A DNA stretch of 64,000 nucleotides. Origin: Epiperipatus broadwayi (lineage: Eukaryota; Animalia; Onychophora). Position numbers and translations under genes: made by a program. Below, piece after piece: positions 1 to 13,325 of this stretch. Numbering within the stretch: position 1 is the first letter of the stretch; each line of letters opens with the position of its first letter. The notes below the pieces were generated by a model. It made no database searches, had not been told where the DNA came from, and was given only the letters and a program-made list of their open reading frames with translations. Location: the NCBI GenBank assembly GCA_028023455.1, contig JAQFVV010000001.1:14632001-14696000 (forward strand), written 5' to 3'.

Positions 1-149
1 AATATATAGAATAATAGATTGAGAATCTCCTAAATTAAAAAAAAAATATTAATAACAAATACAAAATATTTCAGCAAAACTGTAAGACAGATTAAAAATT
101 TTTTTAAAAAGTTAAATATAGAATATATATATATCATATCATTAATATT

Positions 150-2090
150 CATTCACAAACAATTATGGTCATCCTTCTGAAAACAAAAACAGAAATCAAT
201 AAAAATAAAAAGTTAAACATAATTTTTATAATAACTATGCAAACTAATCTATGAATCACAATTACATTTATATGCATCATATTGCTCATTGATCTGTTTA
301 TTTGAAATATTGTAATGTTGTATTTAACCTCTTCCGAAGCAAATCTTTCTTTACAAAACACTTCATACCTTGACTAACTGTAGTTCTTCATTATATTCTA
401 TTTTATGCCTTAGTCTAGTAATGAAAGTTATTAATACTATATTTCTTTAAAGTGTCCTTGAAAAAATTTTTATAACATAAACAGGATCTGCTTCTCCCAT
501 GAAACCAATGACAAGTTCTCTATAGTTTTTTTTTTTCATAAAGTTTATTATTCTTCATCTGCTTCACATGCCCACTCCAATAAAGATGTGTCCTTATAAT
601 TGTAAGTTCCATATCATCATATCCAGCAAGCTAAAATCTGATTGGTGATCCTATCATTATATTTTCAAAATATTACAAAGCATCCTTAAATGGAACTTTT
701 CCAATGCCTTATATTGATAAAGCATTCATGTCTCATGAGTTGTTATACCTTTGGCAAAGTCACAAACATTTTGAACAATTAAATAATTATATCATTATAA
801 TGAAATACTTTTATTTTGTTAAATGCATCCATAGCACATTGAAATCTGTCCTGTAACTCAATACTAAGCTATTAAAATATCTAAACTTATTCACATTCTC
901 AAGCTGAAAATTATCCTAGTTAAAAGTTGTTGAAATGGTTTCGTCCGTCTACAAGTGATAAAATACTTGAGATTTTTGAGTCTTAATTTTATAACTAATT
1001 CTTTATATGTTGCATATAAAGCATTAAGAACATTCCATAATTTGATTATCTTTTGAATGGGCAAAAATAGTATAATCATTAGCATATTGTAAACATAAAA
1101 GTCAGAAATAGAAGTTTTTATTTTAACTGATTTAAAATAAAAAAAAACCCATCATTATAAAAATTGCATATTGATGCTTAGAAAGTACTCCAAAGATCTA
1201 ACCTAGATATAAACTTTAAACCTCAGTTAAAGATTAATATATATATATATTTTAATTAAACATACACGCATGGAGTAATTCAACTTCATTTTCTTTCATT
1301 TGTATACAATATCTTTTATAGATGTACTTAATAACCTCCACTACACAGTCTTGAAATATATGAATAAAGACACTAAAAAACAAATGATTCTCAAGTCGCA
1401 TTTCACGCTAAACCAGCACTCATTAGTTTTGGCCCAGGTCACAATCTCTCACATATATCTTTATGAAAACGAAATTGGAACTAATACATATTTCCTCTTA
1501 ACTCAAATTTTCCTCAATTAATAATAATGCAAATTATTGTGTATTGGTTGTATTTTAAAACTTAACTTCCATGGGTAACTAATTACTGTCAGATGATATC
1601 AAAAACTTTTTATTTAAATTAGTCAACTGTCTTGACCAAATTAATAAAAACACACAAATCACATATGACATTACCTTCTCTTGCATTGCTTGGCAACAAA
1701 AACCATGTTTAAACTATGTTTTGATTCTTTAAAACTATACAGAGTGTCTGCTAATCATTTATCTATGACTGGAAACAATGAATTCAATAAAATCTTTGAA
1801 AGAATTTTCTCTGGAAATGTTGAAGGATATTATATAATAATAATTGCAGTCTTTCTTTTCTATTCCCTTTATTTTATAAAGTGGAATGATAAAAACATCC
1901 TAAAGTTATATTTTCCTAAATAAGTTTCAATAATTTTAATGCTAACATACCTCCATGATAGTTTAAATTTCTTTAAGAACCTATTAGAACACACAAAATC
2001 GGTTAATAAGATGGATATACCATTAAATACAGTAATATGAATTCTTGTATCATTATTCAAAAAATGGGCAAAAGATTTGTTTATTCAAAA
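150..2090 (-). mobile_element. Decayed RTE-like non-LTR retrotransposon (RT and C-terminal region)
   Basis: Frameshifted fragments EKILSKILLNSLFPVID..LADTLYSFK.SKHSLNMVFVAKQ (RT domain 1-2 like) and LYWSGHVKQMKNNKL (RTE C-terminal W.GHV.RM like). Many stops. Ends approximate. Confidence 0.6.
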
Positions 2091-5000
2091 TATTATTATT
2101 ATCATTTTAAAAACAACAACAACAACGTAATCCAATGATTTAATAAGATTATAAACCTGAAACTGAAAAATGTTATCTTAATGAATGGTATTTTTTTCTA
2201 TAATAATAAATAAATAATTTAATGATTTATTGCTTGAATAAGAAATTCAAATACCAGAAATCGCAGAAATGAGCTGTAATCCATGGACTTGAGCTCCAGA
2301 ATCTACTCTTACTGCACCACCTCTGCTTTCCACTACTACTAATACTGATGTTACAACTAATTCTGTTATATAACAATCAATTCACTCAGCAAAGAGATTT
2401 ACATTAGAATTTTTGAAATGAGTAATTTTACCCAGATTTTTTATATTTTTCCACATTTAGAAAAAATGGGAATCCCTAAATACAGCTATCTGAGTACATA
2501 ATTTTATGCCAAAGAAAATTCCTGTTTCAAATTCAAGTTCCAAATGACATTATTATATAAGAACAACTCATTACCAATCTATAATTATAGTTCTTATAGC
2601 GTTTATTTATGTTCATTTGTCTTTTATTGTATCTTTATTTATATGAATTTAAAAAGAATGGGGAAGTATGGAGGTTGTTTAATATATCTATATGTTTATT
2701 GATGATATATTTCATTAATTTGTGTTCATAATTATAGTATAAAATTCATCTAACTTATTCATTTAATTGTTTGTAACCAATATATTATTTTTATTGATAA
2801 TAAAACATTTTCAAAATATTTAGTGATAAAAAATTTGACATTTATGACACACTTGAAATGAAAGCTTATAATTTGAAATTAAAGCTCCATATTTGAATCT
2901 TAGATATAAATTGTGTTAAAGTTGTTGTTTTTTTTTAAATGTTAAATGAAAACAAAAAAATTTAAAATTGTTAAAAATTGAAGATAATCTCTAAAATAGT
3001 GTCTAATATGAAGACCTTTATCAAATGTGCTATTTTCCTATGGCAACTATTATTACAAAAAATCACTGCTCAGAGATTTAAAAAAGAAACACAAGGGAAG
3101 TAGAGTACATAGGAAAAATTATTTGCTATATCACTCTGCATTTCTATAAAAAGTAATAGAAAAAAGATTCCTATGAAAATAATCAAAATGTCATCCAGTT
3201 TCCAATATAAATAGTTCATTTAAAAATAAATATGGTATTAAAAGTTTTTTAAAAGATGGAAAATATGACAAAAAAAACAACAACAACAACAAAAAATTAT
3301 AACAATTGCTAAAAACTTTTTAAAGTAAATTAACATGAAAATGTAAAGAGTAACAATGGGGGGGGGGAGGATTGTGACATTGTGACTTTATATAAATTTT
3401 AATATATTTATTGACATATGATGTACATATCTATGTAAATGCACATACATGTGTGCAAAAGAATAAAAATAATAATTATGATATATAATATTTACAATAT
3501 TTTTTTTCAAAAAAAACATAAATAAAAGAAATTAATGAAAAAGGGTAGTAAGTAATGTACCGGTCAAAATTGTGTGTTCATTCAACAAGACCTAAAATCC
3601 AACAAACGTATATCCAACTATTATGTGCAAGATGCATAAATCAGAAACAATACCAAATATCAATCTATTTACTAGTGCTCCAGGGTCTACGACTACATGA
3701 ACAACACTTTTGATGATACTAGCAAGTTTCATTCTTACTCCGTCCCAACTAGAGCTCAGGGTTCACACGCGACTTAATACAACAGATTTACATTTCATTA
3801 ATTAATACCTATCTAAATTTATTACAATTACAAAATGGTGTGGAGTATACTTGACATTGATTGATAATTTAAATAAGTTGAAGATTTGATTGATTTGAAC
3901 TGCAATAATAATAACTTCATGACAAAAGGAATGAGTTTAAACCCATAAAATCTTACAATTAATAAAAGGGATTTATGTTAGAGATTCAGAATAATGACAA
4001 ATTGAGACTTCAAAGTACTAATGTAATATATATATTTATTATACATATAAGTGCCATCATACAATATACATCAATGCTTGTCAATAAAACTAGCTTATAT
4101 ATATTGGACTCGCAATTACATAATTTAAAATTCCTTAAGTAAATCAGATAACATTATAATTAATCAATATTACCACATTTCAATTTAGCAAGCAATTGTG
4201 ATCCATCTAAGACATAGATTAGGTTTTGTTACAGCCAAACATAAAATACATTTGTTTACTAAATATAAACAGTTGGTTAAGCGGTCTGCCAAGTATAAAT
4301 CAGCAATAATCCATCATTTTAGCCATCAATAAATTTATAAATTGAAGAAAATAAATCTATTTTCTTCCTCCATACACATATATAAACAACTGAAGATGAA
4401 TGAGTTGCGTTAGACCATTATTACATTTAAACAGTTTGTGAGTTATGAATATGGGAAAACAAATGTTTATCTTACGTAAATTCAATTCTATATTATATGT
4501 GATTAGTTAATTAACTGGATTGGCTAAGGAGAGATGTGCCATCACGGTAGAGAGCATTTCAGGTTCATAAATAGAGAAATAAAGAATGCTAAAGGTGGTG
4601 TACGACATTATGGCTACAATAAAAGAACACATAAGATCATTTACGATCCTCACAGAGACTTTGCTAGGAGAAATCAATGAATGAGGGGACATGCTGGCCT
4701 CCGACCAAAACATATCTCTACATAACAATAAAAGTTGATGTGTTGGGATGGCTTATCCATGTGTGCCCATACACATTTTAATGGAAGTATTTGGACAAGG
4801 GAAATCCCTAGTAGAAAATACATCTACTTTTACAGGAGACTAACATTATTGGATTAGTCATATTTAAATTTCAGCGGGTCCTGAGAGTTAAGTAGCAAAT
4901 CACGAACAATAATAATAACAAGTGAATAATTGTAATCATAAAGTACACAATACTGGAAACACACACACACACACATATATATATGGTGTAAACAAATGTG

Positions 5001-5374
5001 AATTCAATCCTAATTTAAATAGTTAGCTCTCTAGCGTAATGGAATGTTCACAAAACCCAGGGCAATAAATGAATTTTAAGAAAGTATAATATAAAAGAAA
5101 CAGTGAGAATTAAAACCAAATTTAAAGAAGTAGATTGTTTTCCCACATATACAAACTTTAAAAATCTCTCATGGCTTAGACTTTATAGACAAATGATATT
5201 TATATAACAAAATATTAAAATAAACCCTATATATAAAAAACACAATTTCACTTCTGATGAGATTTTACAAAATTCTGCATGATAATTAATACGTAGGCGC
5301 TAAAGATCAAACACAAATGAGATATACAATGTAAATACTGTTAAAAATAATTTTAAAATCGCTATAATATATTT

Positions 5375-5610
5375 TAATATAGGGTATATGAGCACTGACT
5401 TTCACACCACCCACCTCTCTCCATTCTATCTAATAACACTGTGTAAAGATGATAGTCTGGACCAACTGATGATTGCTGGTTTAGCATGAAATACGTATAT
5501 TGGTGATTATTTGTCTTTTCAGCATATATGTGTTTAGGTGTATCAGTGTTATTAGATAGAGTGGAGAGAGGTGGGTGGTGTGAAAGTCTGTGCTCATATA
5601 CCTTATATTA
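5375..5610. mobile_element. MITE-like element with 67-bp terminal inverted repeats enclosing a hammerhead ribozyme
   Basis: 5375-5441 and 5544-5610 are inverted copies with 3 mismatches in 67 bp and TA-rich termini. The spacer is 102 bp. Confidence 0.9.
5461..5504 (+). ncRNA. Type I hammerhead ribozyme with short palindromic stem III
   Basis: ACCAA-CTGATGA-TTGCTGGTTTAGCAT-GAAA-TACGTA-TA-TTGGT: full CUGAUGA/GAAA/UH core. Stem I ACCAA/TTGGT extends via AAAGATGATAG/TTATTTGTCTTT, stem II is TGCT/AGCA, and stem III is the palindrome ATACGTAT. Predicted cut after 5499. Confidence 0.88.
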
Positions 5611-7559
5611 CATATATATATAGCCACAGGTATATAACAAGCCTGTGTTTCAGTTATTATAATATATTTTACGTAAAGAGCTAAATTGGTCTAGGAAAAA
5701 GTGATGGATTTTGCTTAAATAATTTAATAAATGACATTTTCATTTGAGGATTAATTGATGAATAATAGGAAACTTAAACTTTTAAGACTATTCCTATCAT
5801 TTTAAACTGTTTACAAAATAACAAAGTATAATACTAAAGAAGCTTCTCTATTAATTATTTAGTGGTAAAATTTACATCTCCTGCTATAATTTGATCAGAG
5901 AAAATAATAAATTCGAGTTTTAATATGCTCTTTGAATTTTGTACTTAACTTGGCAGCTTAGAATATATCAACATTTAAATAAATAAATTGTTGTATCAAA
6001 ATAATATGAAGTTCTAATAAGATTAAAACGGTTAAATTTTATAAAAATAAAACTAATGATGTATTTAAAGAAAGTTGTATAAACAATACATCCAGATATT
6101 TTAGAGTGAATAAATGGATATAAACTAATTATAGATTAATATTAATTTAAAACCAATGTTGTTAAAAGATCAGGGACTTGCGGCAAATGGGGTTACCTCA
6201 AAACATAGCTGGAGACAGACTTATAAAGGCAGGCTTTCTTGATTTATTCAGCATCACGGGCTAGATGTTGACAGCACTGGAGTAGCATCAAGCAGGTGGA
6301 GACAGAGTACAGAAGGTGAATAGTCTTCTTTTACCCCCATATTATTTAGATGAAACTTAAACTGGCTTGAAGTATATTCACACTGAGAATGACTCTAACT
6401 GATCATGATAGCCAAAATTTAGCTATTTATATGATTCAGCCTTATCTATCAGGATCCAATGTGCATGACGTTTTCTGATGAATTTCTCTGTGGTCAGCAT
6501 CTGCCTGTGTGGGAAATCTACAATGCTGCATTAAAACATGCCCCAAGGGTTCATTTTCTAATTAAAAAACCAATAACATAAATCTGATTTTCAACTTAAT
6601 TAAATTTCACAAGCTATCGTATTAAACAAAGCCTATTGAATTTGAGATTTGTAATGAAAATTTTAAAAAAAGAACTTTACTCACAAAAATGTGAGGAATT
6701 TGTTATATTCTATAAATAAGAAATTTTATAATACAATGGCTCTTAACACTTACATTTAATAAAATAATAAATGTATAAAATATGACAAAATTACAAAGTC
6801 TGCCTTATAAATACTGAATTGACTATTTTTACATATTATTTGTGTATATTTTTTAAATAAAATATTATAACCTGACTAAGTAGAAAATGAACTTTAATGA
6901 AAAAAAATCTTAAAACATTTGTCACACTTTATACACAACTGAGATTATGTTTACACTTATTGCCCATTTATTTTATACATAATTAATAATAATAACACAA
7001 ATAGTTTATAGCTTACACGTACTGATTATAAATATTGATGATAAATTATATATATACTACCACCTCAAGCAAGACAGGTGTCAATTAAGATATAAAACTG
7101 GGTTTAAACCCATACTAGTGCTGATGACATTGGCACTATAGGTGAAGCAGAAATATGTGTTATAATATTTCCAGTTTCAGTAAGAAACATTTAAATTGTT
7201 GATATTTTCATGGCATCACACAGATTAAGTTTAAATTATCCAATGCATGAATAATAAATAGCAGTCATGGTTAATCAGAGATATTGATCATTAATCAAAA
7301 TACTAAAATGAAATCAAAAATGTAAAAAGCTATAGTAAAAAATTTCATCTAATTTATTATAATTGGCCCAAAGAAATGAACACATTGATCTAATAATATA
7401 GATCATAGTAATATAATTGGATCCCATATTACATAAGTACAACCATGCTGCATAATTGCAGTTCTGGAAAATTTGAAAGCATATGGCATATCAGATGAAT
7501 ATTATTAATAAAATAAATGCAAGCTGATTAATTTTTTGCTTGACAATATAAAAAATGAG

Positions 7560-8230
7560 GGGAAAAAAATATAAGAAAGTCTTTGCTTTGATGAAATGAA
7601 TACAATATATTGGTTATAGATAAAGAATAACCTATGAACTATGTGACAATTTCGCTCTGTAATCTGCATTGCAGTTTAAAAACCATGGCCAAAAAAGATT
7701 TGAAGATTGTTCTACACCTTACAAACAGTATTAAATAATTAATGACATTTAAATTATTAACAGAGAAATCAACTGTATCAGTATGAGCAAGATGCCATTT
7801 TAGTAGATGTAAGAATATGTAGGATTGCTATGTGAATGCAAAAAGTGAAGTCTTATCTAATTTTCTTGAAGACTTTTGCTTCTATAAATTGTGCAAATGG
7901 CTTAAAATCAGGTAGGCCATGATCAATAAATCTTAGTAATTTCAGGATTCTGAAAGATGGATGTATGGTGCCATTCTCTTAAAAACTTTTTGTTAACAAC
8001 TTGCATCTCTCTACAACAGGCAAATTTGTAAATTAGTCCTATAATGCATAAAAATGGAACAATTATAAAAATTGGATTTAAGACTGTTGGATTATAACTC
8101 TGATTTTACAGACAATATCAATTGAAGAATTCAAAAAAAAAACTAATTTTATCCATGAAGATATAGTTAATTGATGTGTTTATCTTTGTAAAATAAGATA
8201 TGCAAATGGCAGTATCTAATTGATTTCCTA
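7560..8230 (-). mobile_element. Highly decayed CR1/Jockey-like LINE 3' remnant
   Basis: Broken peptides (QKVFKRM...NY.DLL..., LD..SLF) resemble the post-RT region of LINE ORF2. Weak. Confidence 0.35.
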
Positions 8231-8409
8231 AAAGATAGCTGCTATATTGAGGTTTTGAGAATGAAAACAGTAAGTCAGTTACGACAAATAGTTAAGAGTA
8301 GGTATGAAATGCAGCTGCAGCACTTTTTTTTTCTAAATTAAACTCAGCAGAAAATAGAAAAAATATATATACACAAATCAAATGCACATTTTATATTTTG
8401 TTAACTTAC

Positions 8410-8505
8410 TTCAGTACCACTTGTAGCAGCAGATAACTCTGCTACTAAACTAGATAATAAAGCACATGTATTGGAAACCAACTTGGAAGAATAACTCATT
8501 TTTTC
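8410..8505 (-). CDS. MYCBP2: MYCBP2 exon: EKMSYSSKLVSNTCALLSSLVAELSAATSGTE
   Basis: TAG acceptor and GTAAG donor; 96 nt, phase 0 to 0. Matches the recalled SSHLVSNTCGLLASIVSELTASA motif. The next exon (PHR2) was not found, so it presumably lies left of the window. Confidence 0.92.
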
Positions 8506-8959
8506 CTATTAAAAAAATAAAATAAAACAATCAAGACTACAACAAAACAAAATTAATTACATGTATATTATAATTTCCATTAAATATAAATACATTATTA
8601 TTTAGGAAATAATATCCATGTAATTTCATTTAAACTTTTTAAATAATCAGCTAATTTTTATTAATTTATTATGTGATCACATTTTCTACTTTGTCAAACT
8701 TATCAGCAATTCTTTATTATATAAAATTCACAAAAAGCCCATAGTGATATTTCTTCAGATCATACATATGTGTTTATTGTAAAATAATGATAATAAAGTT
8801 TCATTAAATCGGTAATCTAACTTCAATTCTTGCCTTATGATTGTTTTATATGTAAATCAATCTAATTAAAATGAAATTCATCTTTAAAAAAATATTGTTT
8901 AGGTGACATTTTTTCTCTACATTCTATATATATGGAAAAGTTTTCTTATTAGTCATATA

Positions 8960-10960
8960 TCTAAATATGCTAAAACTCAGATGGTGAAGCTAATTACAGA
9001 TAATAAAATTAACTGCTGAGCACTTTCGAGAAGTTTTATCTTCTCATAATCATAGCCAGCAAGTTGAATGAGCTGAGCATGTGTGTGATGAATATTTAAA
9101 TTTATTCAAAGTGGATTAGAGAAAACACGTTTTGGAGAGAGAGAAGCATGGTTCCTTCCACTTTATAGCATGGGTGTTATTAGCTATAAGCCGTGCTTCT
9201 TTAATTTATGTTTATACAGTCATGGTGCTCTATACAAGGGATGGTGGCAGAAGACAATTCAAATATATGGCCAGTGGACCTTTGGTGTTCCAAGAAGACG
9301 GAATTATATTCAGGGCTTTTTCTGAGCTCTTTTGCACAAATAACAGTGCTCAGAGATGTGAGTGGAAAGCAAGGTGCCAGATTCCTATAATATATATCAT
9401 TGCAGGCGATTTGAGGACATGTGATTTTATACACTGTGTGGAGAATTTGATCAGAGGGTAAGCGGACTTTTGAATTATTGATTATCTATTAGTTGAATGG
9501 GCGTGCAAAAACTAAACTTGAAAAAATGAGAGAAGAAGCCATGGTTCATCGTCCTTGGTAGAGTTGGTTTGCAACAGCTGCTAAAATTATTTTATCTTTC
9601 TTGTAAGATAACTGGGTTTGAATATAGTGTTGATGAAATCTTTTAGATATTGTTCTATGTTACTCTTGCATGAGGTTTTGAATTTACATAGGTGATAATT
9701 ATGGAAAAGGAAAGATGAGAGATCTGCAAATTTGACGTGAGTGGGGAAATTTGATTGAGAATGTGTGTAGCCTCTGACCTCCAAAGGTTTAATATGCATA
9801 AGTGTAGTTTTGATGACTTGTGAATCATTGTATGCAGAAGTCCAGATATTTAATCTAATGGTTTGTGTATTCTCAGGCAATAGTGAATGGTAGAGAGGAG
9901 TGCATCTGGAGTTTTAATTGCAGATTGTTGATTCTGGTCTGGCGACTAACACATCAACGATGTAATGGGTATAGATAAAATTGGAAATGGTGCTGAAGTA
10001 TTTAAAAAGGAGTTTATCTTCAAAATGGGTAAGGTATATACTGGATAGAATTCTGATGAGTAGTAGTCTCATAGCTCAACCATCTGTCATATGAAAATAT
10101 TATCCATTGAATGTGGAAATGATCCTGGTCATCAAGTCAAGTAAAAAAATCATGAAAAAAAGTGGTATGGGTCTGTAAGTAATTGCTTTTTACAAGTTCA
10201 GCTTGGACAATATTAAAGGCGTGTTTTTGATTAATGGAGCCATATAATTTGGTAATGTCCAAAAAAGCAATTTTGTATTCAGATTTTATCTTAGATTGTT
10301 TGATGCAAGCAACGAAGTCGAAAGTCGACTTAATTGTGTAAAATTCATATCCAATTTGATCCATTAACCACTGATTGACCATTTTTATGGTGTGGAAACA
10401 AGGCACATGACTGAAATTCAACATGAGCCTGAGCGAAGAATTAGGTTTGTGTAACTTAATGTTAGCAAACATTCTAGGTGGGAAAGAAGCAGAGAAATAT
10501 AGTCTATAGTATTCAGATTTAAGAAAAAGTCTTGTTGCAGTATTTTTGGAGCAAAACAGAAATGAATTCGTCTTTATTGAGTTTGTTATTAAATCTGGGA
10601 GGATGCTGAATTTTAATTTGTTTATTTGTAGCTTCATTTTATCATTATATTCGCTTTTATTCATCAGTACAAGTCTTTGTCTTTTGACTTCTTTAAAGCA
10701 AATTATAGAGTTATCCATAAGGAATAATTTGGTGTTATTAATTTTTAATCTCTAATCATAATTAGTGGCATTGTTTGGTTACCCAAACCTAAGTCTCTGT
10801 TCAGGCTCATTTGGATTCCGGTAGGGTGCTTTATTTCCACACTGCAAAAATGCTCAGTCAATGGTTTACAGATTACATTGGATATAGGTCTTATACAATT
10901 AAGTTGTCTTTTGACTTTATTGCTCACTCAAACAATTTAAGCTAAAATCTGAATATAAAA
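8960..10960 (-). mobile_element. Penelope-like element, 5'-truncated and decayed (RT plus GIY-YIG endonuclease)
   Basis: ORF 10137-10718 has VLMNKSEYNDKM, PPRMFANIKLHKP..LR and FLDITKLY, typical of the PLE RT N-terminal half. ORF 9587-9880 is the RT thumb (YTHSQSNFP). ORF 9201-9434 is GIY-YIG-like (MYKITCPQIACNDIYY). Confidence 0.9.
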
Positions 10961-11019
10961 TAGTTTCTTTGGACATTATTGAGTTACACGGTACCATTAA
11001 TCAGAAACACATCATTATT

Positions 11020-12330
11020 ATTGTCTAAGCAGAACTTGTCAAAAGTAATTACTCATAGGCATGTATCATCTTTATTCATGATTTTCTTACTTGGTTTGAT
11101 GAAAACATCATCGCCACATTCAATGGAAAATAATTTCATATGACAGATAGTTGACCTATGGAATTATAGTTCAGCAGAACCCTATCCAGTATATACCTTA
11201 CTCACTTTGAAGATAAACTCCTAAATATTTCAGCACCATTTCCAATTTTTATCTATATCCATTACATCATCAATGTGCTTGTCACCAAACCAGAATCGAC
11301 CACCATCAATCTGCAATTAGAATTCCAAATGCATTCCTCTCTATCATTCACTATTGCTTGGGAAGACACGCACCATAAGATTAAATATCTGGACATCTGT
11401 ATACAATGATTCACAGAGTACCTAAACTACACTATGTGCATTAAACCTTTGAGATCAGAGGCTATATGCATTCTCAATCAAATTCCCCACTCATGCACAA
11501 ATTTACAGTATCATCTTTTCTTTTCCATAAGCATCATCTATGTAAATTTGAAGCCTTATGAAAAGTAACTTAAAACAATATATAAAAGATCTCATCAATG
11601 CTGGATTCAAATCCAGTCATCTTACAAGAAAAGTAAAACATTTTTTCCAGAAGTTATATAACAATCCTCCCAAAAATGACAAACCATAGCTTCTTCTTCC
11701 ACATATTTATTCCCTCACTAAAAGCTTAATCAAAGCTGTCTTTCATTCTTTCAAGCTAAGTTTTTGCACACTCCCTTCAACTAATAGACTAATCAATAAT
11801 TCAAAAAAACGCTTATCCTCTGATCAAATTCCCCATACAATGTGTAAAATCACATGCTCTCAAACTGGCTGCAGTGCTATATATTATAGTGAACCTTGCG
11901 CCTTTCAGCTCTGTTCCTTGTACAAAAGAGCTCTGAAAAAATCCAAATATAATTCCAGCTTCTTGGAACACCAAAGATCCAACAGCCATATATTTGAACC
12001 ATCTTCTGCCATCATCATTTGTATAGAGTGCCATGACTCTAAACATAAAGTTAAAGAAGCATGGCTTATAGCTAACAACGCTCATGCTATAAACTGGAAG
12101 GAAGCATCCTTCTCTCTCTCTTCAAAAAGTGGATTCACTAATCCACTTAGAATAAATTTAAATATTTATTGCACACCTTTTCCACTGTGCTCGTTCAATT
12201 CACTGGCTAAGATTACGAGAAGAGAAAACTTCTTGAAAGCCCTCAGCCATTAATTTTATTACTTGTAATTAGCTTCCCAGTACCTGCATTTTAAAGCATT
12301 TAGAAATATTATTTATTTAATTGGGAAGTT
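11020..12330 (+). mobile_element. Penelope-like element, 5'-truncated; inverted partner of 8960-10960
   Basis: ORF 11840-12253 (CKITCSQTGCSAIYY...FLEHQ...HIFEPS...HKVKEAW) is GIY-YIG-like. Nucleotide sequence aligns by eye to the reverse complement of ~9000-10230 at roughly 80% identity. Confidence 0.9.
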
Positions 12331-13095
12331 TACATTTTTCTTATTACATTATTACAGTCACGTATATTCCAAAAATTAAATGATGTAAACCAAAAACCAG
12401 TCTCTTATAGTGAAACAATTTTTCTCGTCATTCTTTTTTCCCTCAATATATTAAACAATAACACTTGACCAATGTTTTTAAGAATCGACTCCAATAGATA
12501 GCAATAGTCATAACAAAGTATCAATTAGAATTTTTTTAAAGATGTCATAAATTAGAATGACTGCAAACAGCATTATACTAATAAATTGTTCTATTAGTAA
12601 GATTATACCATTATATTTATAAGATTTTAGTGATATATTGTTTTATATTGAATATATTTTTTATATTCACATTATAAAGTAATAATATTGTAATTATCAT
12701 AATTAACATATGCACACACATTTTCATACAAAGAAATTCAAAATACATATTTCTATAACTTGTTGAAATAACCTGAATACTGTATATTAAACATTGTAAA
12801 TTTACAGGAATACACCATGCATTTTTATAAATAATTTTTCAGCTATTATGTAATGAAGTCAAATCCCAAATAACAAACATTATAGGCTGAAATTACATCA
12901 TCTAGTAATTGTATTTCTATCTAAAATACTTAAGCTACTGTGAATTGCTTTTAGATAATATCCAAGATTTTATAAGAATCATAACTTAGACAATAATATA
13001 TGTTAACATTGAAAATATAACAATTTTCTAAATACATTCACAATTTAAACACTGCTATAAAGAACTATAACATTAAACAGATTTTTACAGGTTTC

Positions 13096-13325
13096 TATAG
13101 ATTTAAAGGTTGGAAGTTTAGTGAAATGCCCTGTATATTTTTATAAATAATTTTTCAATAATAATGTGATAAAACAAAATGTCATTTAAAAACAAGCTAA
13201 AATTACATCACCTAATACGTGTATCTTTGAAATATTTAAACTAGGAAATATATCTATCATAACTGAAAAATTATTATAAAAATACACAGAGTACTCCCAC
13301 TAAATTTCTAATGTTTAAATCTATA
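13096..13325. mobile_element. Old MITE-like inverted repeat
   Basis: ~65-bp imperfect arms starting TATAGATTTAAA at both ends. A related partial direct copy lies at ~12790-12940. Confidence 0.55.

Noticed and set aside
2230-2400. GC-richer stretch considered as the next MYCBP2 exon
   Set aside because: No frame resembles the expected VDGL...RF...SWNTGNGSPDAICF (PHR2) sequence, and there is no matching donor.
7111-7180. CTGATGA...GAAA as a hammerhead
   Set aside because: No UH site with stem III and no stem I pairing.
8900-9010. Hammerhead at the 3' end of the 9-kb and 12.3-kb PLE copies (ATGACTA-ATAA-GAAA; CTGCA...GAAATATTA at ~12290)
   Set aside because: The two copies disagree, and neither gives a core plus three stems; at most heavily decayed.
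10050-10080. CTGATGAG-TAGTAGT-CTC hairpin
   Set aside because: No GAAA; it is the antisense of PLE RT coding sequence.
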